Below are positions 1 through 13,853 of a DNA stretch of 45,998 bases, in pieces. The notes under the pieces are model-generated. The model made no database searches. It was given only the letters and a program-made list of their open reading frames with translations, and was not told the origin of the DNA. The stretch is taken from NCBI RefSeq assembly GCF_001194135.2, contig NC_068981.1:82294389-82340386 (forward strand). The letters are read 5' to 3'. The first letter of the stretch is position 1; every line of letters starts with the position of its first letter. The position numbers and the translations under genes are program-made. The stretch is from Octopus bimaculoides. Its lineage: Eukaryota.

Positions 1-103
<103 letters not shown>

Positions 104-721
104 CACCCTCTACTCCGTGAACCTGGTGGAAATCAAAACGTTTTCTTACTCTGCGTTCCCCGCCTGTCTCACTTAAAAATTCAATTATTAGCGTAACGAA
201 GAAACATCTTCCTCCTTCTCTTTCCTCTCACGTCCTCACCCTTACCTCCTTTCCCCTACGCCTGTTACTTCCACTCTTCCTTGTCGTGATCATTGTCTCC
301 ATTTTTTTCATTGTCACCATCGTCGTCGTCTTCGAAGTCAATAGCCGCAGCAATATTTAACATCATCATTAACAACAATAACCCACGAACACAACAACAA
401 CAACAACAACAACAACAATAGCAACAACAATATTAACAGCCATTACTACTACAATGTGTGTAAGAACAGCAATAGCGAAGAGTAGAGAGATGCTCCAATA
501 TTTGTGCAAGTCAGCAATAATTATATCAGATAGGGTAGCTGGAAAAAGTGAAATTTCTGCATGCCTCTGTCGTTTCTTCTAATTAGCTTCGTTTCGTTTC
601 GCTGCGTTACGTTGTTGAAATAATTAACAAAAGTAATTGGAGATAAGAGTTGAAAAGCGGCCCAAAACAAAATTACAAACAGCTAATGTTATAATGAGAA
701 GAAGTAGATAATGACGTCGGT

Positions 722-778
722 CGTGATGAAGACGATGATGATGATGGCGATGATGATGATGATGATGATGATGATGAC

Positions 779-813
<35 letters not shown>

Positions 814-991
814 GGTTGCTATAGGTGACGGCGTAGACGATGACGACGACGACGACGACGACGACAGCGATGGCAACAAAGATGTCGGCGCGATCATTGT
901 GACAACGACGAGAATGTTGTGTAGACGATTATGATGATGGTGATGGCAATGATGGCGATAATACGATGATGATGATGGCGATGATGATGAC

Positions 992-1025
<34 letters not shown>

Positions 1026-1030
1026 TCGTT
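722..1030. repeat. compound (GAT/GAC)n trinucleotide tract
   Basis: Direct reading; source of the poly-Ser/poly-Ile ORFs in the track. Confidence 0.95.
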
Positions 1031-2349
1031 GGCTATCATCCTCATATCGTTAGTCGTTGTCATCACAATCGTCATTAACAGAAGAAGAGGGATTGGAGGA
1101 GGAGGAGGAGGACAGTAAGCGAAGACGTTTCTCAAAGAGGGTGGAGTCGTAGTGGGAGTAGCAGTAGCAACAGCAGCAGCAGTAGCAGCCATAATATAAG
1201 AATAGGCAATTAAGCAGGAAAAGGAAGAAAAGAAGAAGAGGAAGTTAGAAGAAAGATGGTGAAGTAGAAATAGTTGCTGAGATAAGAAGGCTGTGGAAAG
1301 AATTTGATTTATAAAATGAGAGAGGGAGGGAGGAAGAGAGAGGGTTTGTGCGTGCGTGCGTGCGTGTGTGTGTATGTGTGTGTGTGTGTGTATTTGTTTG
1401 TTTGTGCGTGCGTGCGTTTGTTTGTGAGCGGAAGGGAAGAAAGGCTGAGATGTCAGTTGACAGAGAAAAGAAAACTAGACAATTACCGATTAGTGAACAT
1501 AATGAAATTAAAAAGACTGAGATAGATAACATAGATAGCATCAACGGGAGACAATAATGAACACACACACACACACACTTACACATACGTATGTAAATAA
1601 TTATATACGCATTCACATCTACGTAAGTGCATTTACATACATTTACCGAAAATTAGTTAATGCCAATAAGATGTAGTTAGGCCTTTTGCATGATGCCATT
1701 TCAGCTGCAATAAGAGTTTTGTTTACAACTTCATCTAATTGCCAGTAAATTCCTGGAGCAGCAAAATAATTACTATCATTATAAGCTCGACTGTAATTTC
1801 GTACATACGTATTTTAAGGTGGTAATTATGGTTATAGGTAGGAATAAGAAACAGTGTAGGTTTAAAAATATACTTTTCAATCTCAGAAGCTGACTAAAGG
1901 AATTAGAGAAAAAATATAAACATATATGTTTCTCTTTAGAATTATTGATGTACAATGTTTACTAACACCTTCGTATTTCTGTTTAGATATGTGCTAATTT
2001 CCATACGAAGCTCTTAAGGTTGACATTGGGTAAGACATAATTGTGTGCGTGTGTGTCTTAAATTTGCTTGTTTTTAGTAAGTAACACATCATATAAGAAG
2101 AGAATGGAAGGAATACAGATGAGTAGGCAAGGTATTAGATTTTAATAGATTAGAGGATATCATCCAGAAAGCGAGGTAACTATTGACGGTTAATTGAAGA
2201 TTAGAGGAGTTCGAAAAAGTTCAGTTGTAGTGATGAATGAAATACCTCATGTTTGGGGCCCTTGCTTTTCGTCAAGAATGAGTGAGGGAAGGGAAGAGAG
2301 AGAAAGAGTGGAGAAGACACACAGGTACACAGGCACACACACACACACT

Positions 2350-2352
<3 letters not shown>

Positions 2353-2441
<89 letters not shown>
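2353..2441. repeat. (GA)n microsatellite
   Basis: Direct reading. Confidence 0.97.
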
Positions 2442-2442
<1 letters not shown>

Positions 2443-2828
2443 GTCAGACAGAGAGTTGTGTTGTCGTTTGGCTTGTTATCAAGTAAATGTAAATAAATGA
2501 TGTATGAACTGCAGTGAAGAAATAATGTGTAGGAGTGAGTGTAGAAATAACGTATAGGAGTGAGGGTAATGCATTGATTCAAGAGAGAAAACCAAGAGAA
2601 ATGTGATGTGAGATGGTTATGTATTTCGTTATCATTTGCAGGAATTACATTTTATCTGAACACCAGTAAATGTGTTCAATGTGTATCAATTCATCAACCA
2701 GTCGAAGATACGTACCAAGATCTTTAAGAAGTTACCTTCGTGTTGGTGTCAACGATGAATATACTAATCGCTCGGTCAACTGGATTACCTTCTCATTGAC
2801 ATATTAGTATACATAGTTGAGTATTCTA

Positions 2829-4096
2829 TTGGGTTGGCATCTAAGTTCCCACGGTTTTTTTAAATTTTGGAATTTATTGGGTTTTAAATATTGGAATCTA
2901 CTTTTTTCGAGAATTCTATTTTTGAATCATTTTGGAATCTATTTTGTTTTTCTTTTTCTAGTTAATTTTAGTTAATTTTTGTTTATTTTCAGATCATTAA
3001 AATGGAATGTCAAGTTAAAAAAAAAAACGAGCATTTTCGACATCTCCTTTTTGCTTTTAATGAAGGTTCTAAGGCCACAAAAGCTGCTCGTGACATTTGT
3101 GCTGTGTATGGAGAGTGTGCCATAGCTGAAAGAACCGCTCGTGATTGGTATGCCAAGTTCAAAAATGGAAATTTTGACCTCAAAGACGCACCTCGTTATA
3201 GCCGTCCAGTTGAGTTCGATGAAGAGCGATTAAACCAACTTTTGCACGAAAATTCTCGTCAAACAAGGGAACTGGCAGAGAAAATGGAATGCTCCCACAC
3301 TCGATGGGAAAGGTTCAGAAGTATGGAGCATGGATTCCGCATGCTTTAAGTGACAACAACAAAAATCAACGAGCCACAATCTCCGCTGGTTTGCTTGCTC
3401 GTCACCGCTCAACTCACGGACACAAGCAACGATTCCTTTACCGAATCGTTACTGGCGACGAAAAATGGTGCCTGTACATCGATATGAAGCAGCGTAAGGA
3501 ATGACTTAGCCCCGGTAAACAAGCGACACCGCGTGTGAAACAAGATCTTCATCTGCGTAAAACGATGTTGTGCGTCTGGTGGAACTCGGAAGGGATTATC
3601 CATTACGAATTGCGTGAACGGAACCAAACGGTCAACGTGGAACTCGATGTTCAACAGATGAAACGACTCAACACTGCTATTCAAGAGAAAAGACCTAATC
3701 GTCAGCATGGAGTTTTTGTGATGCACAACAACGCCCGCCCTCATATCGCCAATATGACCAAGGAAGCCATTCAAACGCATGGCTGGGAAGTGCTGCCACA
3801 CCCACCGAACTTTCCTGATTTAGTACCAACGGATTTCCAACTCTTTCGATCTCTTTCAAATACTATGCGCGGAGTTTCGTTCAATACTGATGCAGAATTG
3901 AGAACTTGGTTGGATTAATTTTTCGAGTCGAAATCGGGTGATTTCAACCAACGAGGTATTGAAAAACTTGTTGAACGTTGGGAAGAAGTTGTAAACCACA
4001 AGGGTGAATACATTATTGATTAATTAGTTATTTTTTATTAAATCTTTTAAAAAATTTAAATTTAAAAGAACGGTGGGAACTTAGTTGCTAACCCAA
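2829..4096 (+). mobile_element. full-length non-functional mariner DNA transposon (D,D34D; mellifera-subfamily-like), 1268 bp
   Basis: Left TIR 2829-2860 TTGGGTTGGCATCTAAGTTCCCACGGTTTTTT matches the reverse complement of 4065-4096 at 28/32 positions. TA at 2827-2828 and 4097-4098. Internal transposase relic. The TTGGGTTGGCAACTAAG-type TIR start resembles Famar1/Ammar elements (recalled). Confidence 0.96.
3002..4023 (+). pseudogene. mariner transposase pseudogene
   Basis: Motifs EHFRHLL..., WIPHAL (WVPHEL), TGDEKW (D1 3457-3459), HNNARPH (D2 mutated to N, 3727-3729), FPDLVPTD (D3 3832-3834; 34 residues between D2 and D3), C-terminal RGIEKLVERWEEVVNHKGEYIID*. Disrupted by a frameshifting deletion near 3300 and stops at 3502-3504 and 3916-3918. 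Confidence 0.95.
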
Positions 4097-4344
4097 TACA
4101 GACCTAGTTAACCATTACATAATCCCCAGCTAGAACCAGCACGACAGTTTTGGGGAATAGCATGGACTTTCAACTACAGATAGACACTTTCTGACGTGCT
4201 TTCACAAACTGTCGATATAATCAGATTCACTCACATGCTATGAATCGATATGAGACTTTAGAAAAAAAAAAACGCATTGAAACTACCACATAATGGGATC
4301 GGACTTAAAATCTCGTGATTGTAAAGAGTTCTCCTTTACAATCG

Positions 4345-4432
4345 GAAGAATGTGGAGCCAGACACTACAAAAGCTTAGGCTTCAAGGGTCCACAACTATT
4401 CAGTACCTTCCTAAAAGCCTGAGAGACCTACA
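4345..4432 (+). mobile_element. CR1/L2-group LINE ORF2 C-terminal fragment
   Basis: Translates across one frameshift as RHYKSLGFKGPQLFST/LPKSLRDLH, matching the recalled 'GP.LFN.LP..LR' motif at the end of CR1/L2-group ORF2. Confidence 0.55.
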
Positions 4433-4708
4433 CACACACATACACAAACACGCGCGCGCGCGCACAGGCACGCATGCACTGTTTGTGCAATAAGGGTTTA
4501 CAAACTTCGAGAGGCATGAAATAAAGTTTTTAAAAGTGGAACTCGAAGTAGATGAGAGTTAAAAATGGTATTTGACTTTTTACATTCGAGGGTATTTTAT
4601 AGCCAATACGGCAATATTTATAGATGCATTTTCTTCGAGTTCCTCTGTTAAAAATTGACATACATACATGCATACATACATACGTACATACATACACACA
4701 TACATACG

Positions 4709-4753
<45 letters not shown>

Positions 4754-5304
4754 ACACACATACGTATATATAAGAGGTCTTCTTCAAGCATAATGGATGT
4801 CCACTTAGTGGTCATCCCTCTTATATGCATATATATATGTAGATAGATAAATAGATAGATAGATACATAGATGGGTAGATAGAGTTATATACATACATTT
4901 ATACATTAGCTCTTTATGATGGTATGCGTTTGGAGGATTAAATTCAATCTGTGGTCTCTTTTTTGTAGGAGAATGTTGTGGAGGATGTTTTNNNNNNNNN
5001 NATAGCAAAATAAATTCATAAGTTTGTGAATATTTGTAGCCTATAAAATATATTTTTACTGAAAAATTTTTATTGTGCGTGTGTAGTATATATGTTTTGT
5101 GTGTGTTTGTTTGTGTGTGTGTATGTTTGTGTGTGTGTGCGCGCGTCTCTGTGTTTGTGTATGTGTGTGTGTGTGTGTGTGCATGTGTGTGTGTGTTCGC
5201 GAGAGTGTATCAACATTTTCTGCATCAAAGATGCTGTAACATGCACTCCCATACGATCACAATATCCATCCATCCATCCATTCATCCGTCCGTCCGTCCG
5301 TCTG

Positions 5305-5383
<79 letters not shown>

Positions 5384-5458
5384 GTTTGTATGTATATTTG
5401 TATATTTAAACCACTTAAATTCTATCGTCATCCAGCATTCACACACACACACACCCAG

Positions 5459-5494
<36 letters not shown>

Positions 5495-5512
5495 GCNNNN
5501 NNNNNNNNNNNN

Positions 5513-5550
<38 letters not shown>

Positions 5551-5634
5551 TCATACATACCTAGGTGCACAAATGTACACGCAAAATCACACACAAACAC
5601 TGGCACACTCTGGCACACATATACATGCTCGCAA

Positions 5635-5676
<42 letters not shown>

Positions 5677-5686
5677 NNNNNNNNNN

Positions 5687-5729
<43 letters not shown>

Positions 5730-7740
5730 TCACGCAGATGCACACATATAGCGATGGCAGGGAGGAGCTAATAGACTATATATGCAGACGTAACGATGCC
5801 CACTTCTCACTGTGCAAATGTATACACGTGTGCTGACAAACCCGCACACGTTCTCTTCCCGTGTACTGTTCGGATGTTTGCATAGATTAGCATGTCATTC
5901 GATCGTGCTCTTCTCCCGAGAGACTTGAAGCACGGTTAATTAGTGGATGTAGTCGGAGAATAATTATAGCTGCCATTGTATGATTACCGTGAAGGTTAAA
6001 AGGAGGTATGTACCACGTGACCTCACGGCTGTCTCTTGATATTTCTAATCTTCTAATTTGTTACTTAGAAGCCATAACTATTGTCTGCTTCGTTGAGAGG
6101 TGAAGAGACAACTTGAACACGCATCTAGTTGGATCATTCACCTACACGGAAAGTATACACATTCATAACATGTAACCTTGACAAAACGACATAGTTGTTT
6201 TTAAATATATATATATATATATATATANNNNNNNNNNNNNNNNNNNNNNNNNNNNNNNNNNNNNNNNNNNNNNNNNNNNNNNNNNNNNNNNNNNNNNNNN
6301 NNNNNNNNNNNNNNNNNNNNNNNNNNNNNNNNNNNNNNNNNNNNNNNNNNNNNNNNNNNNNNNNNNNNNNNNNNNNNNNNNNNNNNNNNNNNNNNNNNNN
6401 NNNNNNNNNNNNNNNNNNNNNNNNNNNNNNNNNNNNNNNNNNNNNNNNNNNNNNNNNNNNNNNNNNNNNNNNNNNNNNNNNNNNNNNNNNNNNNNNNNNN
6501 NNNNNNNNNNNNNNNNNNNNNNNNNNNNNNNNNNNNNNNNNNNNNNNNNNNNNNNNNNNNNNNNNNNNNNNNNNNNNNNNNNNNNNNNNNNNNNNNNNNN
6601 NNNNNNNNNNNNNNNNNNNNNNNNNNNNNNNNNNNNNNNNNNNNNNNNNNNNNNNNNNNNNNNNNNNNNNNNNNNNNNNNNNNNNNNNNNNNNNNNNNNN
6701 NNNNNNNNNNNNNNNNNNNNNNNNNNNNNNNNNNNNNNNNNNNNNNNNNNNNNNNNNNNNNNNNNNNNNNNNNNNNNNNNNNNNNNNNNNNNNNNNNCCT
6801 GCATGTATTACGTGTCGTCTTGTAGAATGTCGTGGAAAGTAGATCATCAATATGGTAACGCCGTGTATCCTCAAGTCCAAATGAATGTGTAAAATTCAAG
6901 GAATTCGTGGGGTTTTTCTTTTTCTTGTTGGTAGAATATAAGGCGCACGCGTACACAAAGCCTACACACACAGACACAGACACAGACACAGACACACACG
7001 CGCACACACACACACACACACATGCACACACACACACATACACACACACACACACACACACATACAGACACACACACACACACACACGAAGTATATTGAA
7101 AATTAAACTTTACGTCGCGTCTCGAGTTTCGCACCACTGCAAATGTAGGCAAAAACTGACCGGAAGTTCGCAGGGCCGTGATGTTTGTGCGACGCAGTAA
7201 AATATAAATTTCAATAAAACTACAATGTGTAGTTAACACGCTTTTCTCATGCATGTATTTATGTATGTATGTATTTATGTCTCTTCTATTTTTTAATTAT
7301 TATAAATCTCCACTGAGGAAGGAGCCGGTTTCCTAGAAAAATATAAGGCTCCGCCTTCATACGTACGTACCTATGCATGTATGTATGTATGTATGTATGT
7401 ACGCGTGGTATGAAATTCACAAGTAGAAGAGCATTCAATTAGTTAGGAGAGAAAGATATTAACAATAACCACACAAAAAACCTGTGAAATCCAGCTATTC
7501 AGGTTCTCCTGGCTGGAATATTAAATTTATTTCGTCATCTCTCATGCTGGTAATGTCAACATGGTGGGTTAACAAGTCCGTATGAGGTAAGAGAAATTTC
7601 TGTGAGGACATCTTTTGAATAAGAGAGAGAGAGTGATCGAAGAGAAATAATTCACTAATCGAGTCAGGCTCTTACAAGGGGTAATAATTATGAACCAACA
7701 AAAATCGCGAATATATGCGGTTTGGTTGGTTTATGCACAT

Positions 7741-7886
7741 TACTCTTTTACTCTTTTACTTGTTTCAGTCATTTGACTGTGGCCATGCTGGAGCACCGCC
7801 TTTAGTCGAGCAAATCGACCCCAGGACTTATTCTTTGTAAGCCTAGTACTTATTCTATCGGTCTCTTTTGCCGAACCGCTAAGTTA
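7741..7886 (-). mobile_element. SINE family B, 3' portion
   Basis: Same sequence as the 3' part of the full copy at 43875-44268 (CTTTTACTTGTTTCAGTCATTTGACTG.GGCCATGCTGGAGCACCGCC...); (GAGTAAAA)-type tail. Confidence 0.85.
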
Positions 7887-8534
7887 AGTCATCCAAATTC
7901 AAAATCTTCCAACCACTGCATCGGTGTACACCGGATCAACATTTTCGCCTTGTCACACAGTTGTGACTATTATATTTTCAGAAAACAGTTGATTATTTTT
8001 TTTACCTGTATCTCTGTAGAGCTTAGAATTTCTATTCATTTTAATGTAACTAGAGCTGATGTTTTTAGAAATCTCCTTAGACATCGGATTCCTTATTTGG
8101 TAGAACGGAAGTGCTTTTTGCTTCGTAGACGACTGAGGTAAATGCATGTCTGGTCTAGCAGGAAAGTGTCTGTATTCCTGGAGATTCAAATTGGAGTGCC
8201 CATCTTGTTTGGGTTACGTGAAATGATGTCTTTCGTAAGGGAACTGCAGCTGTAGGAAATTTTCACGGAACTCCGATTGAAGTTTTTCTGTTACATCTAT
8301 GGCTACCAGAAAAATATTTATCAACTCTACGAGTTTTTTTTAAATTTTTTAAATTAAAAATATTTTTTTTACCTCCGCAGTCCTAACTTTCAAGGGAAAG
8401 TGAGAATGAACGATAAAACTCTCATAGCTTTCCTTCTTGTTTGGATTGGAGTTTATATTATACTTTCTTTTAAAGAAACTATCGGCCATGCCCCAATTAT
8501 AACCTTCTTGAGACACATACGTATACATATAAAC

Positions 8535-8586
<52 letters not shown>

Positions 8587-8611
8587 GAACACAGACGAAC
8601 ACACACGCACA

Positions 8612-8645
<34 letters not shown>

Positions 8646-9793
8646 ATATGAACAGCCTGATGAGTCGTCTATACAGCTTAGGGCTTTATGGATGCGAAAC
8701 TGCTGGTCACCCTGTGACCTCATAGTTACTTAACTGCATACATAGATACATACATACATACATACATACATACATACATACATGCATACATACATACATA
8801 CATACATACATGCACACACACACACACATACATATATATACATATGTACATGCACACACACACACACNNNNNNNNNNNNNNNNNNNNATATATATATATA
8901 TATATATATATATATACGTGTACGTGTGTATGTGTATGCGTGTTTGCGTGAATACGTTTTACGGAGGAGGTATTTGAACGTAGACGGTTAAAAGGCAGAG
9001 TGAACGACAAACGGCATAACATCTTGTTTGACACTAGTCTAACGATTCTGCCAGTGATAATTATTAGAGTGATTATATATTATTGCCGCAAGGGCGACAG
9101 ATGGACAACGTTACGAGAACAAACTACGAAATGGTGGTGTATTTTATGCGAAGTGTGACATTGAAACAGTAATTAGGAAACAATAATAGGAAATCCCCCA
9201 AAACAGAGATAACAACAACAGCGATAATAATGATGATGACAATGACGATGATGATGATGACGACGACGCGTCAATGATGATGATGATGATGATGGTGATG
9301 ATGGCAATCGTGGTATTGATGGTGTAACACAAACCTTCATTATCGCCGATGTTGTCCTTAGCAGCTCATTATTCGTGTCATACGACAAAAAACGTCACGA
9401 GAAATGTGGTGGTACCATTTTTTCTATGACTGTCAAGGTGGTGTCCGTTGAAAGAAAGAAGCAAAAACAAAAAGAAAGAAAGAAAGGAGGAAAAAAGAAA
9501 GAAGGAAGGAAAGGAAGAAAGCGTCTAAATACTTTCTTTTGTTGTTCTTTTCGCTATCAACGAAAATTTGTCTTTGACGAATTGTGCTTGGAAGTAATAA
9601 TTTTTGCCTTCTTTTTCCCTTTTGTCAACCAATTCATTTAGCATTGTCAAACGATCCTGTTACTTCTAGATAAGAGAAGACATATGGTAGACACAGGATG
9701 GGGTATGTAGGGCAATACTAGGGATGCAGAAAGGTGGAAGAGTTAGATGGAATTGGAGATAAATCAATAAGTGGAAGTGGAGAGAGACAGAGT

Positions 9794-9884
<91 letters not shown>

Positions 9885-10019
9885 GGGATAGACATATACC
9901 TTCACCCGCACTAACACATTACACACTCATATGACACATGTACACATACATATACTTATGTGTGCGTGTGCGTGTGTGTGTTTGTGTATTCGCATATTAT
10001 TAATATATACGTCTTCTTT

Positions 10020-10306
10020 GCGCCGTTTTCAAGTCTAGCCAGGCTCATGGGCCCGGTTTCCCGGTTTCTATGGCGTATGTGTTCCCCTCAGCTGGACGGG
10101 ACGCCAGTCCATCGCAGTGTTACACAAGAGTGAGAGAAAGTTGGGGCGAAAGAGTACAACAGGGGTCACCACAACCTCCTGCCGGAGCCTCAAGGAGCTT
10201 TAGGTATTTTCGCTCATTAGACATACACAACGCCCGGTCTGGGAATCGAAACCGCGATTCTCCGACCGCGAGTCCGCTACCCTAACCACTGGGTCATTGT
10301 GCCTCC

Positions 10307-10308
<2 letters not shown>
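10020..10308 (-). mobile_element. tRNA-derived SINE, distinct family, near full length
   Basis: Minus strand reads GGAGGCACAATGACCCAGTGGTTAG (A box)...GGTTTCGATTCC (B box), then a body with TGCGATGGACTGGCGTCCCGTCCAG...AGAAACCGGG, a motif recalled from many invertebrate and fish SINE 3' halves. Confidence 0.85.
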
Positions 10309-10340
<32 letters not shown>

Positions 10341-11885
10341 NNNNNNNNNNNNNNNNNNNNNNNNNNNNNNNNNNNNNNNNNNNNNNNNNNNNNNNNNNNN
10401 NNNNNNNNNNNNNNNNNNNNNNNNNNNNNNNNNNNNNNNNNNNNNNNNNNNNNNNNNNNNNNNNNNNNNNNNNNNNNNNNNNNNNNNNNNNNNNNNNNNN
10501 NNNNNNNNNNNNNNNNNNNNNNNNNNNNNNNNNNNNNNNNNNNNNNNNNNNNNNNNNNNNNNNNNNNNNNNNNNNNNNNNNNNNNNNNNNNNNNNNNNNN
10601 NNNNNNNNNNNNNNNNNNNNNNNNNNNNNNNNNNNNNNNNNNNNNNNNNNNNNNNNNNNNNNNNNNNNNNNNNNNNNNNNNNNNNNNNNNNNNNNNNNNN
10701 NNNNNNNNNNNNNNNNNNNNNNNNNNNNNNNNNNNNNNNNNNNNNNNNNNNNNNNNNNNNNNNNNNNNNNNNNNNNNNNNNNNNNNNNNNNNNNNNNNNN
10801 NNNNNNNNNNNNNNNNNNNNNNNNNNNNNNNNNNNNNNNNNNNNNNNNNNNNNNNNNNNNNNNNNNNNNNNNNNNNNNNNNNNNNNNNNNNNNNNNNNNN
10901 NNNNNNNNNNNNNNNNNNNNNNNNNNNNNNNNNNNNATACATATACACATATACATATATATGTATATATATGTATATATATACATATATATGTGTGTGT
11001 GTGCGAAACTTAAGTATGTGTACTTAATTATATTCATGGGTTGATTAGGATCACTCAAGCAATTTTTTACCTCTTTACACCAAAGCATATCGTTGTCTAT
11101 TTACGAAATACCATTATACATACATGCATACATACATACACACACACACACATGCATGCATTCATACATACATACATACATACATACATACACACATACA
11201 TACATACATGCCCGAACATTCGCATACATATAAGTTTAGAACTACAAGAAGACTGAAGAAGGTATAGGAAGCCGTGAAGCAGTATCGAAACTACGTAACA
11301 TTTGTTGCTATCTGGGATGTTATCCTAGCTACAGACTCCTGTTTGTATTTGGCTTTCACACAGGCTCCCTATGTTTAAACATTGTTTATAAAAATGAATC
11401 CAAATGAATATTTACCATCCAAGCTTAGTTTTATCTCATGTACATTCTATTCACCCATCTGGTCATCATACCACTAGTTCTATACCAGCTACACACTGTC
11501 AGGAAATGTTTTGCTCATTAACGTGGATGGAATTGCTGAGGGGGTAACTAAAATCATGCTTTTTGAAATGTCCATTTACAATCACCATACAAATGAATTT
11601 AATATTCCATAGCTCTTTAAGTGTCTTAGCCGCAACCGTGTTTTAGAAGCAAGGGCAAATATCATCGCACCCAGTGTACAGGTGAAATCACTCACCATCT
11701 ACGAGACTAAATTCAACTATTGGCTCTTGTGCACTAAGTATGCAACTCCATATTGCGTTCATTCATTAAATGTTCTCGCTACCCTTTCTCCTGTGGCCTT
11801 TAAATAGACCCAACGAGAAAAAAAAAACCTTTAGAGGATTCTGGCTCCTAATATACATTTCCATTGGTCCCAAATACTTTACTGT

Positions 11886-11959
<74 letters not shown>

Positions 11960-12351
11960 TATTGTTGCCGAGATCTTTAATTTCTCACTTGACTTGAATT
12001 TATTCCAACTGCAAAAATTGTTAACAACAACCTCATTTACCACCTTTAGTACTTTACTTTCTTCTCTCTCAGTTCGTAATACACAAGTATTGTTACTTTA
12101 AGGTCAGATCTACCGAAATGTACTCTCGGATGTTACTCACCAGGTTACAAGAAGTCTTGGGATACCAATTCGCATAAAAAATCTTGCAATCCCATTACAA
12201 AAACAAAATCACAAGAAGTCCTTCCCTCGGAAACTTCAGCTAAAATAAAGTTGTTACAATTGACATCTAGGCATGGGAAATTACTTTCCCTATATCAATA
12301 AATTGTTTGCCTATGGTTTCTCTCAATTTCTCCGATGCTAGAGATTCTATA

Positions 12352-12535
12352 TGGCTATACTACCTACTAGAAATAACACCCAAATTCTCCCTAAAGTCAC
12401 ACCTTGTGTCATATAATGTCCTTTGTTCCATGTACATTGAGAAAAGACGTGTGGTCGCAGCTGGCAATCCTTTGATGATAGGTCTGCTCGATCAAGCTGA
12501 CTTGGGGCTAAGCAACAACAATAACAACAACACTC
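12352..12535 (+). mobile_element. SINE-like interspersed repeat family C
   Basis: AAATAACA.CCAAAT.CTCCCT.AA.TCACACC...GGTCTGCTCGATCAAGCTGACTTGGGGCTAAG followed by a (CAA)n tail; related copies at 30400, 31380 and 42490 in this window. Confidence 0.65.
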
Positions 12536-13373
12536 ATTCATGTTCGATTCTATCAAGGCATCGACGTCATCAGGGATCAGTAACGTCCCCTACACTGCTC
12601 CTTTTATACATTTGCGACCTACTTTCATCCACCTCTATTAACACATTCCTTTGCAGATAGAGACATTCTTCATTCTTCTTTAAACTTCTGCTCATAGTGA
12701 GCAACCATTGCATAAAAAAACCCTTTTAAAACAGCGACTTGGCCAGTTAATCTTTCTCAACATCACAAAAAAAAAAAAGAAAAAGCATGTAAAGAAAACA
12801 GTAACAGACTTCAATTCAAACCTCACTGTCTGCACATTTAATCGGTACGAAGATTTACATTTGTCTTTACACGCACCCAAATATTCTAACTCTGATCAGT
12901 TAGTAACCGTCCATCGCCAAAGCATACATATGACGTAGGCATGGGTACTACTTATACATTCGGGAGTGCTGCTGCTACATATAAGGCCTTGAACTGTTTA
13001 ATGAAGGTTACTTCAACAAGCTATAGCTCCAAGCACAGAGAAGCGATATTTGCTCTAACATTCTCTCTTTCAACAATACAATGGCTTCTAAATTTCTGGA
13101 CTAGCTACATCTCCACCAAATTTCATTCGAAATACACGTATTTTCTACGCCATTTCCCTTTTCCCGCCTTTTTACCGTCGCGCCTAGGAAAAGTCCCACT
13201 AACAATTTTATCCAGGCTTTTGTTTCACAAAATTCAATTCATTGAAACTCCAACCCAATTATCTTTTACCCTGCAGATATCGACCTACAGACTTTTAAAG
13301 ATGTACATCAACTATGCCAGGCTCCTTGGTCTGGGAGGGTCGAGAAAGGTCACGGGAAATATGCCGCCTCCGC

Positions 13374-13439
<66 letters not shown>

Positions 13440-13488
13440 GTCTATCTTCCATTTACTTTCAATGCATACGTGTGTGTGTGTGTATGTT

Positions 13489-13521
<33 letters not shown>

Positions 13522-13805
13522 AGGTTTAGGCATACATACACACAAGCATAGATACATATATATATATATGTGTGTGTGTGTAGATATATANNNNNNNNNN
13601 NNNNNNNNNNNNNNNNNNNNNNNNNNNNNNNNNNNNNNNNNNNNNNNNNNNNNNNNNNNNNNNNNNNNNNNNNNNNNNNNNNNNNNNNNNNNNNNNNNNN
13701 NNNNNNNNNNNNNNNNNNNNNNNNNNNNNNNNNNNNNNNNNNNNNNNNNNNNNNNNNNNNNNNNNNNNNNNNNNNNNNNNNNNNNNNNNNNNNNNNNNNN
13801 NNNNN

Positions 13806-13853
<48 letters not shown>

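Noticed and set aside
7953-8189. Possible Tc1-like N-terminal helix-turn-helix (…EISKNISSSYIKMNRNSKLYRDTG)
   Set aside because: Only vague resemblance; no TIRs or DDE motifs nearby.
10240-10308. tRNA gene calls at SINE heads (also 16212, 28385, 44200)
   Set aside because: A and B boxes are present but there is no cloverleaf, and each runs into a SINE body.
11253-11297. CUGAAGA…GAAAC-UAC-GUA hammerhead-like string
   Set aside because: Stem II is weak and stem I cannot form; consistent with chance.
12941-13380. 145-codon non-repetitive open frame with a pyrimidine tract/CAG acceptor at 13276
   Set aside because: No recognisable protein motif and only a weak donor (AAG|GTCACG); one ORF this long is plausible by chance in 46 kb.
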